Part shown: positions 1 to 10,051 of the stretch, piece after piece
Layout: each line of letters opens with the position of its first letter
How positions within the stretch are numbered: the stretch's first letter is position 1
Source of the DNA: an uncultured Candidatus Saccharibacteria bacterium
GTDB lineage: Bacteria > Patescibacteriota > Saccharimonadia > Saccharimonadales > Saccharimonadaceae
Length of the DNA stretch: 64,000 bases
Direction: 5' to 3'
NCBI GenBank assembly: GCA_963530135.1
Contig: CAUSBS010000003.1
Span: 40,373-104,372, forward strand
Made by a program: the position numbers and the translations under genes
Notes under the pieces: generated by a model
The model's input: the letters and a program-made list of their open reading frames with translations, nothing else
Database searches by the model: none
Told to the model about the DNA's origin: nothing

Positions 1-570
1 GGCCCCCGTTTCTAGCTTCTGGCCAATATCAACCGCCAGACTCCGAATATACGTACCACTCGAAACATGTGCTCGAATTACCAAGCGAGGATACTCATAT
101 GCGACGAGCTCCAAGGCGTAAATTGACACGGTGCGCTCTGGCATCTCAACCGGCTGGCCATGACGCGCCAGCTGATAGGCCCGACGGCCATTGATCTTGA
201 TGGCGCTAAATATCGGTGGGCGCTGTTTAATTTCACCCACAAATGTACCGAGCACCGCTTCAACCTCACTGCGAGACGGCTGCCGCGCCGACACGCGAGT
301 CAGTTCACCCTCAGGATCACCGGTCGTCGATATCTCGCCAAGCATCAACTCCGCTTCATACCACTTATCAAGCTTCGTAAACGTATCAGCCTCACGGCAC
401 TTCTTGCCCGTCACGATAATCATCAGTCCCGTAGCGAACGGATCAAGTGTGCCGGTATGGCCAACTTTCACTTTTTTGCCCGCGGCCTGGCTGAGCACCC
501 GCCGCAACCGCGCTACTACTCCAAAACTCGTCATGCCAGCCGGCTTATCAATGAGCAGCACCTCGTCCAT
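1..570 (-). CDS. truB: tRNA pseudouridine(55) synthase TruB, C-terminal part cut off by the window edge
   Basis: My translation of the minus strand from ATG 570..568 gives MDEVLLIDKPAGMTSFGVVARLRRV..KVGHTGTLDPFATGLMIIVTG..PIFSAIKINGRRAYQLAR. It contains the TruB catalytic GTLDP motif. The frame is open to position 1 and is not in the ORF track because it runs off the edge. Confidence 0.85.
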   Translation of the reverse strand, partial: MDEVLLIDKPAGMTSFGVVARLRRVLSQAAGKKVKVGHTGTLDPFATGLMIIVTGKKCREADTFTKLDKWYEAELMLGEISTTGDPEGELTRVSARQPSRSEVEAVLGTFVGEIKQRPPIFSAIKINGRRAYQLARHGQPVEMPERTVSIYALELVAYEYPRLVIRAHVSSGTYIRSLAVDIGQKLETGA

Positions 571-573
571 GGA

Positions 574-2346
574 CTATTTTTGCCCCGGAATCTGGAACTG
601 CGACGGGTTAAAGGTGCGCGGCTGTGTAGAGGCGGACGGTGCTAAAGGTGATGTGTTCAACGCTGGCAGCCCCCCATCTGCGGCACCGATCGGAGCTGGT
701 GGTAGCGGCGGTAGGCCTGAACCCGAAAAGTCAGAAAAATCAGGCAGTGGCGGTAGGCCATGCATCACACTGGACTCAATATCAGCCAGCGTCGCCGGGG
801 CAGATGACACCGCAGGTAGTGGCGAAGATGGGGCTACCGGAGCGGGTGAAGCTGCAGCTTCAAGCGGTGGCGCGGCAGCCAGTGCCTCGGTAATTGCCGC
901 ACGAGCATCACGCTCAGAATCTGGCAGTGATGGCGACGTAGCAGACTGAGTCTGTTTAGCGGCTAGTGCTTGCGTCTCCTCTTTCAGTGCGGCAATGACC
1001 GCTTCATCTTTGTTAGTTGTCGCAAACGGATCAACACTTGGCGGTTCATCGGACTTTCCCATGACTGCATTTAACGGCGATTCACCGAGGGCTGGACGCG
1101 ATTCACCAACATAGGTACCATGATGCAGGATAGTCTTGTTTTGATCGGTATCAAGATCGCGGCGCTTATCCTCGGCTGCCCGCTCCGTTGTTGCGTTCAA
1201 TGTTCCACCTAGGAGCGGTGCAGCCGTCTCCGGTTCTGCCGATACTGACGCACCAACCGACGGTGGTGTTGACGGCGTACTGTTTCGCCCACTCGCCGCT
1301 GATACTGCTCGGAGGCGATCAAGCTGTGCCGTCGCCGCACGGGCTGCTGCATCCTGCTCCTCGGCCCGAGTCTGCTTGGCTACCTCATCAAGGCTACCCC
1401 GCCGCTCGTGGCTGATTGATAACGCACCATCATCTCTTCTGGGATCAGCTGTTCTTGAGCGCCTCCCCCGCTCAACCTTGAAATTAGAACCATCCCCGCC
1501 ATCGTCATCATCCGTCTTATCATCAGCTGCGTCATCAGTCGCCTGCTGTGATTGCTCTGACTTTGAATGCTCCTCGGCCTTAATCGCCTGCCCCTCGGCC
1601 AACTTGGTAGCGATCAATTGCTGGTTGGCGCCGACCGCCATCAGTTCTGCTGCCAATGTCATGACTCGTGACGAGGTTAGGTTATTGCTAAACCGTTCCG
1701 TCGCTGCCACAACACCGGTTAGTAACGCCGTTGCGATCTGCTCATCCATAGTCACTTTCGGTGTTCGCAGCTCATCGATCAAATCAACCAACATCTCACT
1801 GACACCTGACGCTCTATCATCATGCCAATCAACCGTCCCGAGATTACTCCTCACCATGCCGGCAGTCACCGTCGATACCACCGCATCATGCAAAATCTTG
1901 CCATGAGCCGTCAACGCCTTGTCGAGATGATCCTGACTCTCAACATTAAGCGCAAGCACCAGCTCAATATTATAATCACCCTGCGAGAACTCTAAATCTG
2001 CCTCAGTAATTGTCGCCCGGTACGGTGTGATAAAAATCTTCACCGCATCATCAACCACCTTGTAGCGCAGATGATCGGCTTTTTCCTTATCAAGCGCGAT
2101 GATAAAATCACGCAGGCTGTCCGCCGTGGCCTCAAACGTCTCATCCGGCTCGAGGAATGAAATTGCCGGCGGAATTTTACCACTAAAAACAGCCGTGGCG
2201 TGCTTGCCGAGTTTATTCAGGAAAATTGTTAGTCCCAGTGCCGCCGATAGCTCATCCACCGATGGATTGACACTCACCGTCACCAAAATATTAGTCACAT
2301 CTTTGATGCTCTGAATGATCTGCTGCTTTTGTGACTGGCTCGCCAT
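574..2346 (-). CDS. DHH-fold (NrnA-like) protein with degenerate catalytic motifs and a ~330-aa Ala/Pro/Ser/Asp-rich low-complexity C-terminal half
   Basis: The first ~250 aa align by eye to DHH phosphoesterases (LLTGVVAATERFSNN resembles GIxTDTGxF). The canonical DxD, DHH and GGGH residues are replaced (SVNPSVDE, QDHL). The gene sits directly upstream of truB, as nrnA does in many Gram-positives. Confidence 0.55.
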   Translation of the reverse strand: MASQSQKQQIIQSIKDVTNILVTVSVNPSVDELSAALGLTIFLNKLGKHATAVFSGKIPPAISFLEPDETFEATADSLRDFIIALDKEKADHLRYKVVDDAVKIFITPYRATITEADLEFSQGDYNIELVLALNVESQDHLDKALTAHGKILHDAVVSTVTAGMVRSNLGTVDWHDDRASGVSEMLVDLIDELRTPKVTMDEQIATALLTGVVAATERFSNNLTSSRVMTLAAELMAVGANQQLIATKLAEGQAIKAEEHSKSEQSQQATDDAADDKTDDDDGGDGSNFKVERGRRSRTADPRRDDGALSISHERRGSLDEVAKQTRAEEQDAAARAATAQLDRLRAVSAASGRNSTPSTPPSVGASVSAEPETAAPLLGGTLNATTERAAEDKRRDLDTDQNKTILHHGTYVGESRPALGESPLNAVMGKSDEPPSVDPFATTNKDEAVIAALKEETQALAAKQTQSATSPSLPDSERDARAAITEALAAAPPLEAAASPAPVAPSSPLPAVSSAPATLADIESSVMHGLPPLPDFSDFSGSGLPPLPPAPIGAADGGLPALNTSPLAPSASTQPRTFNPSQFQIPGQK

Positions 2347-2446
2347 TATCTTGTATCCTGTTTATTTTTGTTTATACCTTTGGGTTAGATTATACATAAG
2401 CATTTCAGAAAAGTCAATAGACTGGGCAGTAAAATATGGGCCAGTC

Positions 2447-2475
2447 TTTACTTTTATCGGGTTTTTCTGTATAAT
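2447..2475 (+). promoter_or_regulatory. candidate sigma70 promoter for rpsT (TTTACT-17 nt-TATAAT)
   Basis: Hexamers at 2447..2452 and 2470..2475 with a 17-nt spacer. An SD AAAGGA precedes ATG 2521. Confidence 0.35.
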
Positions 2476-2520
2476 CCATCCTTGATTAGCGAAACAAATT
2501 TATAGAGGTAAAGGAAATCT

Positions 2521-2889
2521 ATGCCAATCATCAAATCCGCCATCAAACGGGCAAAACAAACCCTAAAGCGCCGCGAGCGCAATATCGGCATCAAGCGCGA
2601 CATCAAGTCAGCCGTCAAGGCTTTTATGGCCGAGCCAAGCGCCGCAACGCTGGCTACTGCTCACAGTGAGCTTGACACTGCCGTCAAAAAGAACCTGCTG
2701 AAGAAAAATACTGCCGCTCGGCGCAAAAGTGCCCTCTCAGCTATCGCCAAGGAAGCTGGCGTGAAGCTTGAAGCGACTAAAAAGGCAGCCACCAAAGCCC
2801 CAGCAAAGACGACGGCAAAAACCACCGCGAAATCAACCACTACCAAAAAACCAGCTGCAAAAAAGCCAGCAGCCAAAGAGGCTAACTAG
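2521..2889 (+). CDS. rpsT: 30S ribosomal protein S20 with Lys/Ala/Thr-rich C-terminal extension
   Basis: MPIIKSAIKRAKQTLKRRERN is the typical S20 N-terminus. The tail is ATKKAATKAPAKTTAKTTAKSTTTKKPAAKKPAAKEAN. Confidence 0.9.
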   Translation: MPIIKSAIKRAKQTLKRRERNIGIKRDIKSAVKAFMAEPSAATLATAHSELDTAVKKNLLKKNTAARRKSALSAIAKEAGVKLEATKKAATKAPAKTTAKTTAKSTTTKKPAAKKPAAKEAN

Positions 2890-2940
2890 CCATTCACGGT
2901 TGCATCAACAATACTTCCGTCAGTTGGCGGGAGTATTTTA

Positions 2941-3852
2941 TTATGTTATATGTCTAGCAATATAAACCAGCGCTGCCTCGACCAACAGCCACGGCGATAC
3001 ACGAGTTGTCTTCATCTGTTCATCAGCCTGCGCCAAGGCAGAGTTAATTACCGCAAGTTGCGCTGGTGTGATTCGCGCTGCATACGGCGCTACCTTTCGC
3101 AGCGCATACGGATGGGCCGCAAAATCACGAGCCACCGCCCCCGCGTCACCGCCAGATAGCACCAGCGCGTTCAGCTGCACCAATTGTGAAACCAATAGCC
3201 CCAGCGTCTGGTACGCCCCATCATCACCGCTCTCCGCCTCGAGATAGGCAATGATCGCGCGCACTTTCCCCCGGTCGCCATCCAGCATTGCCGCAAACAA
3301 CTCAAACGCACTTTCAGCCGGAGCCAGCGGCACTAGTGCATCGATCAGCTCATCATTTAATTCACCGGCCAACGCCAACTGCTGCAACACCAAATCAAGC
3401 CGCAGCTGATCAAACCCCAACCGATCAATCAGTGTCGTCGCCTGCCTCACTGTCAACACTGCCCCATGCACCTTGGCTTGCTCAACACACCACGCGCTCA
3501 GCTGCGGTTTTTGGCGTTCAGTGAAATGAGCGTATTCCCTTACCTCGGCATGGTTTTGCAGCCACTTATACGTTTTTGTGCGCTTATCAAGCTTCGTCTC
3601 TAGAAGGACAACCGTGGTCGCCACGCCGCTAAGTAGCTCCGGCAAATCACGCCACAATGCTACATTCTGACTCACATCAGTAATGACCACTGCCTGCTCT
3701 AGCGTGAACAAACTCTGCCCCATCACCACCTCACAGACCTCGGCGGCCGTCAGTTCTTCACCGTCGCGCCGCACCACCGCCATATCACCAACCAGCGCCG
3801 CAAGCGCCGCCCGCTTCTCAAATTTGTTGTCGCCGTGAAAGAGATAGATCAT
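2941..3852 (-). CDS. holA: DNA polymerase III delta subunit
   Basis: MIYLFHGDNKFEKRAALAAL matches a HolA-like N-terminus, and the gene is adjacent to rpsT, as is common. I prefer ATG 3852, which overlaps the fpg stop as ATGA; the ORF track extends to 3879. Confidence 0.7.
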   Translation of the reverse strand: MIYLFHGDNKFEKRAALAALVGDMAVVRRDGEELTAAEVCEVVMGQSLFTLEQAVVITDVSQNVALWRDLPELLSGVATTVVLLETKLDKRTKTYKWLQNHAEVREYAHFTERQKPQLSAWCVEQAKVHGAVLTVRQATTLIDRLGFDQLRLDLVLQQLALAGELNDELIDALVPLAPAESAFELFAAMLDGDRGKVRAIIAYLEAESGDDGAYQTLGLLVSQLVQLNALVLSGGDAGAVARDFAAHPYALRKVAPYAARITPAQLAVINSALAQADEQMKTTRVSPWLLVEAALVYIARHIT

Positions 3853-4817
3853 ATAACTTCCACCTGGCACACCGGACAAATGTGCGTACCGCGGCCGCCG
3901 ACTTTTAACTTGATGACTTCTTGGTCGGGGTGGCGGTGGCAGGCCTGGCCTTCGCGGCGAAACACATGAGCAAATGTCAGATAATTCCCTTTCTGGCCCT
4001 CGGCGTCAACATAATTTTTATCCGTCGAGCCGCCCTGATCAATACTGAGTTGCAAGATGCGCCGCAACTCAGTAAATAATGCATTCAACTGCTGATCACT
4101 GATGTTCTTCACCCGCGTTTGCGGATGAAGACGCGCTGCCCACAGCGCCTCGTCCGCATAAATATTACCAACGCCTGCGATTACCGTCTGGTCAAGAAAC
4201 GCTGGCTTAATCATCGAATTCTGGTGACGACGAATCCGCTGGATGAAATCCTTGGCGCGCGTCTGAGGATCAAGTGGCTCCGGCCCAACTTTTTGCATGA
4301 ACGGCAGGTTTTTTACTTCATCAGTCGGCAGCAATTTTACCCAGCCAAACTTGCGCTGATCATTGAAAAACAGCCGTGACCCATCGGTAAAATCAATCTG
4401 CACCCGCGTCGACCGATCCGGCAGCTCACCAATCAAACTATCATTCGGATGCCCGCCAGCAAAGTCGTCGATCTCGCGAGCGGTATCCGCAGAAAAATTG
4501 TGGGCAACGTTACGTGGGCCCCGAGATTTTTTTGGGGATACCCGAACGCTATGGCGAGAGCCTTGACGAAACACCAACTGCCCCGTCATCTTCAGATGTA
4601 TCACCAACGAATACTGCGTATCCAGATCAATCATCAGCACCTTTGCCCGTCGCCGCACCGCCGTCACGCGCGCGCCATACAAAAATTGCTTAACATCAGC
4701 CGGCGCATTTGGGAAACTTTTTGGCGAGTCAAACACTGCCGTTCGCACCACCACTTGACCTGGCAGTAGCTCCGCCAACCCGCGGCGAACTGTCTCGACT
4801 TCGGGAAGTTCCGGCAT
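3849..4817 (-). CDS. mutM: formamidopyrimidine-DNA glycosylase (Fpg/MutM) with internal insertion
   Basis: MPELPEVETVRRGL is the Fpg N-terminus with catalytic Pro2 and Glu3. The C-terminal zinc finger reads CHRH..CPVC. At 322 aa it is longer than the usual ~270. Confidence 0.88.
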   Translation of the reverse strand: MPELPEVETVRRGLAELLPGQVVVRTAVFDSPKSFPNAPADVKQFLYGARVTAVRRRAKVLMIDLDTQYSLVIHLKMTGQLVFRQGSRHSVRVSPKKSRGPRNVAHNFSADTAREIDDFAGGHPNDSLIGELPDRSTRVQIDFTDGSRLFFNDQRKFGWVKLLPTDEVKNLPFMQKVGPEPLDPQTRAKDFIQRIRRHQNSMIKPAFLDQTVIAGVGNIYADEALWAARLHPQTRVKNISDQQLNALFTELRRILQLSIDQGGSTDKNYVDAEGQKGNYLTFAHVFRREGQACHRHPDQEVIKLKVGGRGTHICPVCQVEVI

Positions 4818-4826
4818 AGGACGCTC

Positions 4827-5474
4827 CTAAAACTTAAACAACGTATCCCGCTGATACAACCCGATAGTGGTAGCCATCTTGTTGCCATCAGGGATTTGCT
4901 TGATAAACATATCGACGATTTCCTCGACATTAGCAACGGCCGAGCCCTTGGAGCCGCCACAATCTGACGTCCACAGCGCCTTGATCGGCGTTCCGTTCAT
5001 CAACAATTCAAATTTATACACCTTGCCCGTTGCACAAATACCACGCAGATCATTCTGCTCGTCGCTCAGCTGCCGGCCCTCCATCATCTTGCGCTTGTCT
5101 AGTGCATACACCAGTTCCTCGTACGCCTTGAAATTATTGTCCAGCTGCTTGGTGTTTAGCTGCTTCTCGATATACCCCTCGTACGTCGTCATTGTTCGCG
5201 AAGCTGGTGCAATAGTTACTTGATATGAACGGAATTTTTCATTAGCGACAATCGGGCCACGCACTGTCAGTCTGACCGATCGGCCTTCGTCAGTTTGTAG
5301 TAAGTCACTTTTTTTCTGTTCAGTTGTCTCTGGTTGCTGCTTTTGCTCATTGCCACCAAATATTGACCGGCTGATGCTGATAATCGCAACAATGGTCACG
5401 ATGGTGATAATGATAACGAGCAAAATTGGCACAAACCGGGAAAAAGAATTAAACGAATTATACGTACGCCTCAT
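4827..5474 (-). CDS. hypothetical N-terminally membrane-anchored protein
   Basis: TM helix FVPILLVIIITIVTIVAIISI followed by a soluble domain. No family recognised. Confidence 0.5.
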   Translation of the reverse strand: MRRTYNSFNSFSRFVPILLVIIITIVTIVAIISISRSIFGGNEQKQQPETTEQKKSDLLQTDEGRSVRLTVRGPIVANEKFRSYQVTIAPASRTMTTYEGYIEKQLNTKQLDNNFKAYEELVYALDKRKMMEGRQLSDEQNDLRGICATGKVYKFELLMNGTPIKALWTSDCGGSKGSAVANVEEIVDMFIKQIPDGNKMATTIGLYQRDTLFKF

Positions 5475-5520
5475 GGGTTGATTATACCATATTCTGCCAG
5501 TTTTGCATTTATTGCCTCGG

Positions 5521-8055
5521 CTATACCTCGTCCCAGTGCAGCCCTACGCCGACATCCACCTTTAGCGCAATTGGTAGTTCCGGACAAATACCTTCCATTT
5601 CTCTGCGCATGATTTCTCCGACTCGCTCGGCGTCCGCTGCTCGACATTCTACCAAAATCGAGTCGTGGACTTGCAGAACCGGCTCGGCTAATCCAGCCAA
5701 TTTGTCCTCCAGCCGAATCATCGCCAGCTTCATCAAATCCGCTTCCGTGCCCTGAATTGGCATATTCATCGCTGCCCGCTCGGCCGCTGAACGCACCATA
5801 AAATTGCTCGACTTAACGTCTGGCGTTGGCCGCCGCCGGCCAAAATAGGTCTCAACAAAACCCTGTTCGCGCGCTTGAACTAAAATTGTATCCAGATATT
5901 GGCGGATTGGCTGGCGCACCGCAAAATAGTGTTCGATAAATTTTTTTGCCTCGGTAAACATCATACCGGTAGCCGCCGCCAGCCCATGCGGGCTCATGCC
6001 ATACAGCACGCCAAAGTTGATCACCTTGGCCGCACGCCGCTGTGCTTTCGTCACCTGATCCATCGGCACGCCGTAGGTCTCGGCCGCCGTCTTGGTATGA
6101 ATATCAACATCGCTATTAAAATCGTTAATCAGCTGCTCATCGCCCGCCAATACTGCCGCCAGTCGCAGTTCAAATTGCGAATAATCCGCACCAACGAAGA
6201 CCTTACCTTCGCTCGGCACAAACGCCTGGCGAATTTTCCGACCCAGTTCCGTTCGCACGGGGATGTTCTGCAGGTTAGGATTGGTACTGCTCAGCCGCCC
6301 GGTGCTGGTGACGTCTTGGTTAAACGTGGTGTGAATCCGCCCGTCCTCAGCCACCAACTTCGGCAGCGCTTCAATGTAGGTGCTGATCAATTTAGTCAGC
6401 TCCCGGTACCGCTCAATCAGCTCAATGATTGGGTGTTGCCCGCGCAACTTATCCAGCTCTTTCTGCCCCGTCGAATAGCCAGTTTTGCCTTTTTTGATAC
6501 CAGTCGTCGGCAGCTGCAACTTGGTAAATAACACCTCGGACAGCTGCGCCGGACTAGCAGCATTAAACTCGCGCCCAGCCATCGCATACATTTGTTGTTC
6601 AAGCTGACTAACCTCCGCCCTCAGTTCCTCACCCATGCGTTCGAGGAGTGCTGTGTCTAGCTTCATACCACGCTTTTCCATCTGAAACAGCGGCCAAATC
6701 ACCGGAAAATCAAACTCGCGAAGCACCCGAGCAATCTGCTGATGCGTCGCCATATAATCCTGCTGCTGACGGTAAATCTGCCGTAGTCGTGCCAACTGCC
6801 GCGACGCGGAATTATCCTCAGAAAAATCACCCGCCAGTGCCGCTAAACTACGGTCGCGCCTCAGCGGATCGATCAAAAATGCCGCCTGCCCAACATCCCA
6901 GACCTCATGAAACCGCACCGTCACGTTATGGGCGTCTAGCGTGTGATACAGTACCTTGACATCCGCCGCGATCACCACACCCTGCGCCAACAGCTGCCAA
7001 ACCGACCAGCCAATTTCACTAATCTTCGCCCGCCACGCCACACCAGGTTTGGAATTGATATACACCGTGTCCGGCTCTAAGGAGTCAATATAGATACTAT
7101 TTTCTGCCTCAAACAGCGGCTCAGCCGGCAAATCTTCGACGCGCGGCAATTCCAGTTCCACCGTCTCTGCTACCTCATCCACCGCTTGCATTGTTCGCGG
7201 CAGCCGCCCAATCAGCGAATGAAACTCCAATTTCCGCAAAATTTCCGCCACCCGGGCAAAATCGCAGTCGTTAACATCAGCCACCTCCCAGTCCAGCTCC
7301 ACCGGTGCATCTGTCCAGATTTCTGCCACCTGCTTGGTCAGATATGCCGACTCGCGGCCACTTGCTAGCTTTGTCCGTAGAGCACCTATTTGCTCATCCA
7401 AGTGCGCGTACACCCCGTCCAGTGTGTCATATGTTTGCAATAATTTCACCGCCGTCTTTTCACCAACGCCCGGCACGCCCGGCAAATTATCACTGGAATC
7501 ACCTTTTAGCGCCTTCAAATCCAAAAACTGGTCCGTCCGAATACCATATTTTTGTTCAAAATATTCCGCCGTGAATTCCTCGATGTTCCTCAGGCCATTT
7601 TTCATGGCGTACACTTTGGTAAGGGGCGACACCAATTGCAGCGCATCCAAATCCGACGTCAGCAAACACGTCTGCACGCCGCGCGCTTCCGCTTGCCGAG
7701 CAAACGCGCCCATGATATCGTCCGCCTCATAATCATCCAGCTCATACAGCGGCCAGCCGAACGCATCCAGCAGTTCCATTAAAATCGGAATTTGCTGATA
7801 GAAATCATCAGGCGCTGGCTTGCGACCCGCCTTGTACTCTGGATATAATTCCCGCCGCTTACGGATATTGGTACCGCGTTTATCCCACGCCACCGCCACA
7901 TAATCCGGCTCCAATTTCTTGATCAGCTCAATTGCCAAACTCACAAACCCATATACTCCGCCGGTCGGCGTACCGTCCGCCGTACTCAGCCCCGGCATAG
8001 CATAATACCCTCGGTAAAACACTGATTTTCCGTCGATGACCGCCAAACGCTTCAT
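5521..8055 (-). CDS. polA: DNA polymerase I
   Basis: Has a 5'-nuclease N-terminus (AVAWDKRGTNIRKRRELYPEYKAGR) and polymerase motifs (DYSQFELRLAA, QVHDSILVE). The middle domain lacks a recognisable DxE 3'-5' exonuclease motif. Confidence 0.95.
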   Translation of the reverse strand: MKRLAVIDGKSVFYRGYYAMPGLSTADGTPTGGVYGFVSLAIELIKKLEPDYVAVAWDKRGTNIRKRRELYPEYKAGRKPAPDDFYQQIPILMELLDAFGWPLYELDDYEADDIMGAFARQAEARGVQTCLLTSDLDALQLVSPLTKVYAMKNGLRNIEEFTAEYFEQKYGIRTDQFLDLKALKGDSSDNLPGVPGVGEKTAVKLLQTYDTLDGVYAHLDEQIGALRTKLASGRESAYLTKQVAEIWTDAPVELDWEVADVNDCDFARVAEILRKLEFHSLIGRLPRTMQAVDEVAETVELELPRVEDLPAEPLFEAENSIYIDSLEPDTVYINSKPGVAWRAKISEIGWSVWQLLAQGVVIAADVKVLYHTLDAHNVTVRFHEVWDVGQAAFLIDPLRRDRSLAALAGDFSEDNSASRQLARLRQIYRQQQDYMATHQQIARVLREFDFPVIWPLFQMEKRGMKLDTALLERMGEELRAEVSQLEQQMYAMAGREFNAASPAQLSEVLFTKLQLPTTGIKKGKTGYSTGQKELDKLRGQHPIIELIERYRELTKLISTYIEALPKLVAEDGRIHTTFNQDVTSTGRLSSTNPNLQNIPVRTELGRKIRQAFVPSEGKVFVGADYSQFELRLAAVLAGDEQLINDFNSDVDIHTKTAAETYGVPMDQVTKAQRRAAKVINFGVLYGMSPHGLAAATGMMFTEAKKFIEHYFAVRQPIRQYLDTILVQAREQGFVETYFGRRRPTPDVKSSNFMVRSAAERAAMNMPIQGTEADLMKLAMIRLEDKLAGLAEPVLQVHDSILVECRAADAERVGEIMRREMEGICPELPIALKVDVGVGLHWDEV

Positions 8056-8089
8056 ATACTCAGTATAGCAAATTTGCTATACTAACAAC

Positions 8090-8677
8090 ATGACACAACC
8101 ACATGCAAACATTATCGCCCTGGTCGGTCTGGCCGGTAGCGGCAAAAGCTCGGCAGTCGAATATTTCACCAAAAAGGGCATTCCGAAAATTTATTTTGGC
8201 GGCATCATCTACAAAGCCATGGAAGAAGCTGGCATCGAACCAACGTGGGATAATCAGCAAAAATTCCGTGAGGAAATTCGCCGGCGTGAAGGCAAAGATT
8301 TTGTCGTCAAACGCGTTATCAAATCCGCGCATGACTTGATTGATGCTGGCCAAAAACTGATCGTCCTGGACGGCTTGTATACCTGGAGTGAATATAAAAT
8401 CCTCAAACACGAATTCCCCGGCCAGATGTCTGTCATCGCCGTCGTCACACCAAAACACCTGCGCTATCAACGCATGGCTAAACGCCCCGAACGGCCGATG
8501 CAGCCGCGCGAAGTTGACCAACGTGATTGGTCGGAAATTGAAAATCTAGAAAAAGGCGGGCCAATTGCCATTGCCGACTATTTCGTGACAAATGACCGCG
8601 GACTGGACGAGCTATACGCACAGCTGGAGGCCGTCACTCACCACGAACATTTTTGCAAGGCGCCTGAGCAGTGCTAA
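8090..8677 (+). CDS. P-loop nucleotide kinase (dephospho-CoA kinase / dNMP kinase-like)
   Basis: Walker A LVGLAGSGKSS within a small kinase-sized protein. Substrate not assignable. Confidence 0.5.
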   Translation: MTQPHANIIALVGLAGSGKSSAVEYFTKKGIPKIYFGGIIYKAMEEAGIEPTWDNQQKFREEIRRREGKDFVVKRVIKSAHDLIDAGQKLIVLDGLYTWSEYKILKHEFPGQMSVIAVVTPKHLRYQRMAKRPERPMQPREVDQRDWSEIENLEKGGPIAIADYFVTNDRGLDELYAQLEAVTHHEHFCKAPEQC

Positions 8678-8713
8678 ACTATCACCATCCATAAACCATC
8701 TTACTGCATATGG

Positions 8714-9082
8714 TTGCAAAAAAGTAAATTATATGCTATATTTACAACCATGGAACACGATAACACTGACAAACTACCACAACAAACATCACCCGTAGAG
8801 CAGCCAGAAGGCGAGTCAAGTCGGGCGGAAATAGACAAGTCAGACAACAACACCACCACACGCAAACTCGGCGAGAAAGGGACGCAAGCAGCACGGTTGA
8901 CTGGTAAGGAAGCAAAGCAAATAGAAGATCGAATGGCAGAGCTCGACGAGTATGACCGCCTTATGAGAGAACCGCCCGAGGGAGTAGATCCAAACGATGT
9001 CAGAGCAATGCAGAATTCAATGGCCCTACAGCGTGATTTGGCGAATGGAGTGAAGCCCCCGCTGGAAGTCGGTGATAAGTAA
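8714..9082 (+). CDS. hypothetical acidic protein (start uncertain; ATG at 8750 is an alternative)
   Basis: ORF only; no recognisable motif. Confidence 0.35.
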   Translation: MQKSKLYAIFTTMEHDNTDKLPQQTSPVEQPEGESSRAEIDKSDNNTTTRKLGEKGTQAARLTGKEAKQIEDRMAELDEYDRLMREPPEGVDPNDVRAMQNSMALQRDLANGVKPPLEVGDK

Positions 9083-9085
9083 CAC

Positions 9086-10051
9086 CTAGCTCAAATACTC
9101 ATATAACTTCTTGGCGTCTTTGTGCTTCCTCAGCTTTGCCAAAGCCTTCGCCTCAATCTGACGAATTCGTTCGCGTGTCACGGCAAATTGTTGGCCGACT
9201 TCCTCGAGCGTATGGCTTTTGCCGCCATTGTCCAGCCCGAACCGCATGCGCACAATTTTTTGCTCGCGATCAGACAGGCTCGACAGCACCTCGGCGACCT
9301 TTTCTTTCAGCAGCTGATTGGTTGCTGATTCTTCTGGCGAAATTGTATCTTCATCCTCGATGAAATCACCCAGCACCGAATCTTCCTCGTCACCATCACG
9401 CCCGATGCCAGCATCCAAACTCGACGTTTCCTGCCGAATTTTGTTGATGTACTCAATCTTTTCCGGCTCCATGTCCATTTCCTTGGACAATTCTTCCATC
9501 GTCGGCTCGCGGTTCAGCTCCTGAGTAAGCCGCCGCTGTGTCCGCACCAGCTTGTTAATCGTCTCAATCATGTGCACGGGGATGCGAATCGTCCGTGCCT
9601 GATCAGCGATCGCCCGGGTAATCGCCTGGCGAATCCACCACGTCGCATAGGTCGAAAACTTAAAGCCCTTGTCCGGATCGAATTTTTCCACGGCGCGTAG
9701 CAAGCCAGTATTGCCCTCCTGGATCAAGTCAAGAAAATCCAACCCACGGCCCGAATACCGCTTGGCAATTGACACCACCAAACGCATGTTCGCCTCAGCC
9801 ATCTTGTCCTTGGCCTTTTTGTCGCCCTCGATGATCCGCCGCGCCAGCTCCATTTCTTCGTCCGAACTTAATAGCGGGATTTTACCAATCTCACGCAGAT
9901 ACAACCGCACCGAATCGTCCGAAATATCATCCAGATACTGGCCAGTACTCAGCGCCTCGAGATCTTCTATCTCCTCGTCATCATGTACCGCCGTTAAATC
10001 TGGCTCGAGTGGATCGTCATTGGTCGGGGTGTATTGCTGGTCGTTGTTCAC
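9086..10051 (-). CDS. rpoD: RNA polymerase sigma factor RpoD (primary sigma70)
   Basis: Region 2 reads [27 protein letters not shown]. Region 4 reads [24 protein letters not shown]. The GTG start overlaps the dnaG stop (GTGA). Confidence 0.95.
   Translation of the reverse strand: MNNDQQYTPTNDDPLEPDLTAVHDDEEIEDLEALSTGQYLDDISDDSVRLYLREIGKIPLLSSDEEMELARRIIEGDKKAKDKMAEANMRLVVSIAKRYSGRGLDFLDLIQEGNTGLLRAVEKFDPDKGFKFSTYATWWIRQAITRAIADQARTIRIPVHMIETINKLVRTQRRLTQELNREPTMEELSKEMDMEPEKIEYINKIRQETSSLDAGIGRDGDEEDSVLGDFIEDEDTISPEESATNQLLKEKVAEVLSSLSDREQKIVRMRFGLDNGGKSHTLEEVGQQFAVTRERIRQIEAKALAKLRKHKDAKKLYEYLS

Noticed and set aside
191-949. 252-aa plus-strand ORF (and neighbours 160..645, 1376..1906) overlapping truB and the DHH-like gene
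   Set aside because: These are antisense to confidently identified genes. The translations are low-complexity Ser/Ala/Gly/Pro strings, typical of the reverse frame of GC-rich Ala/Pro coding sequence.
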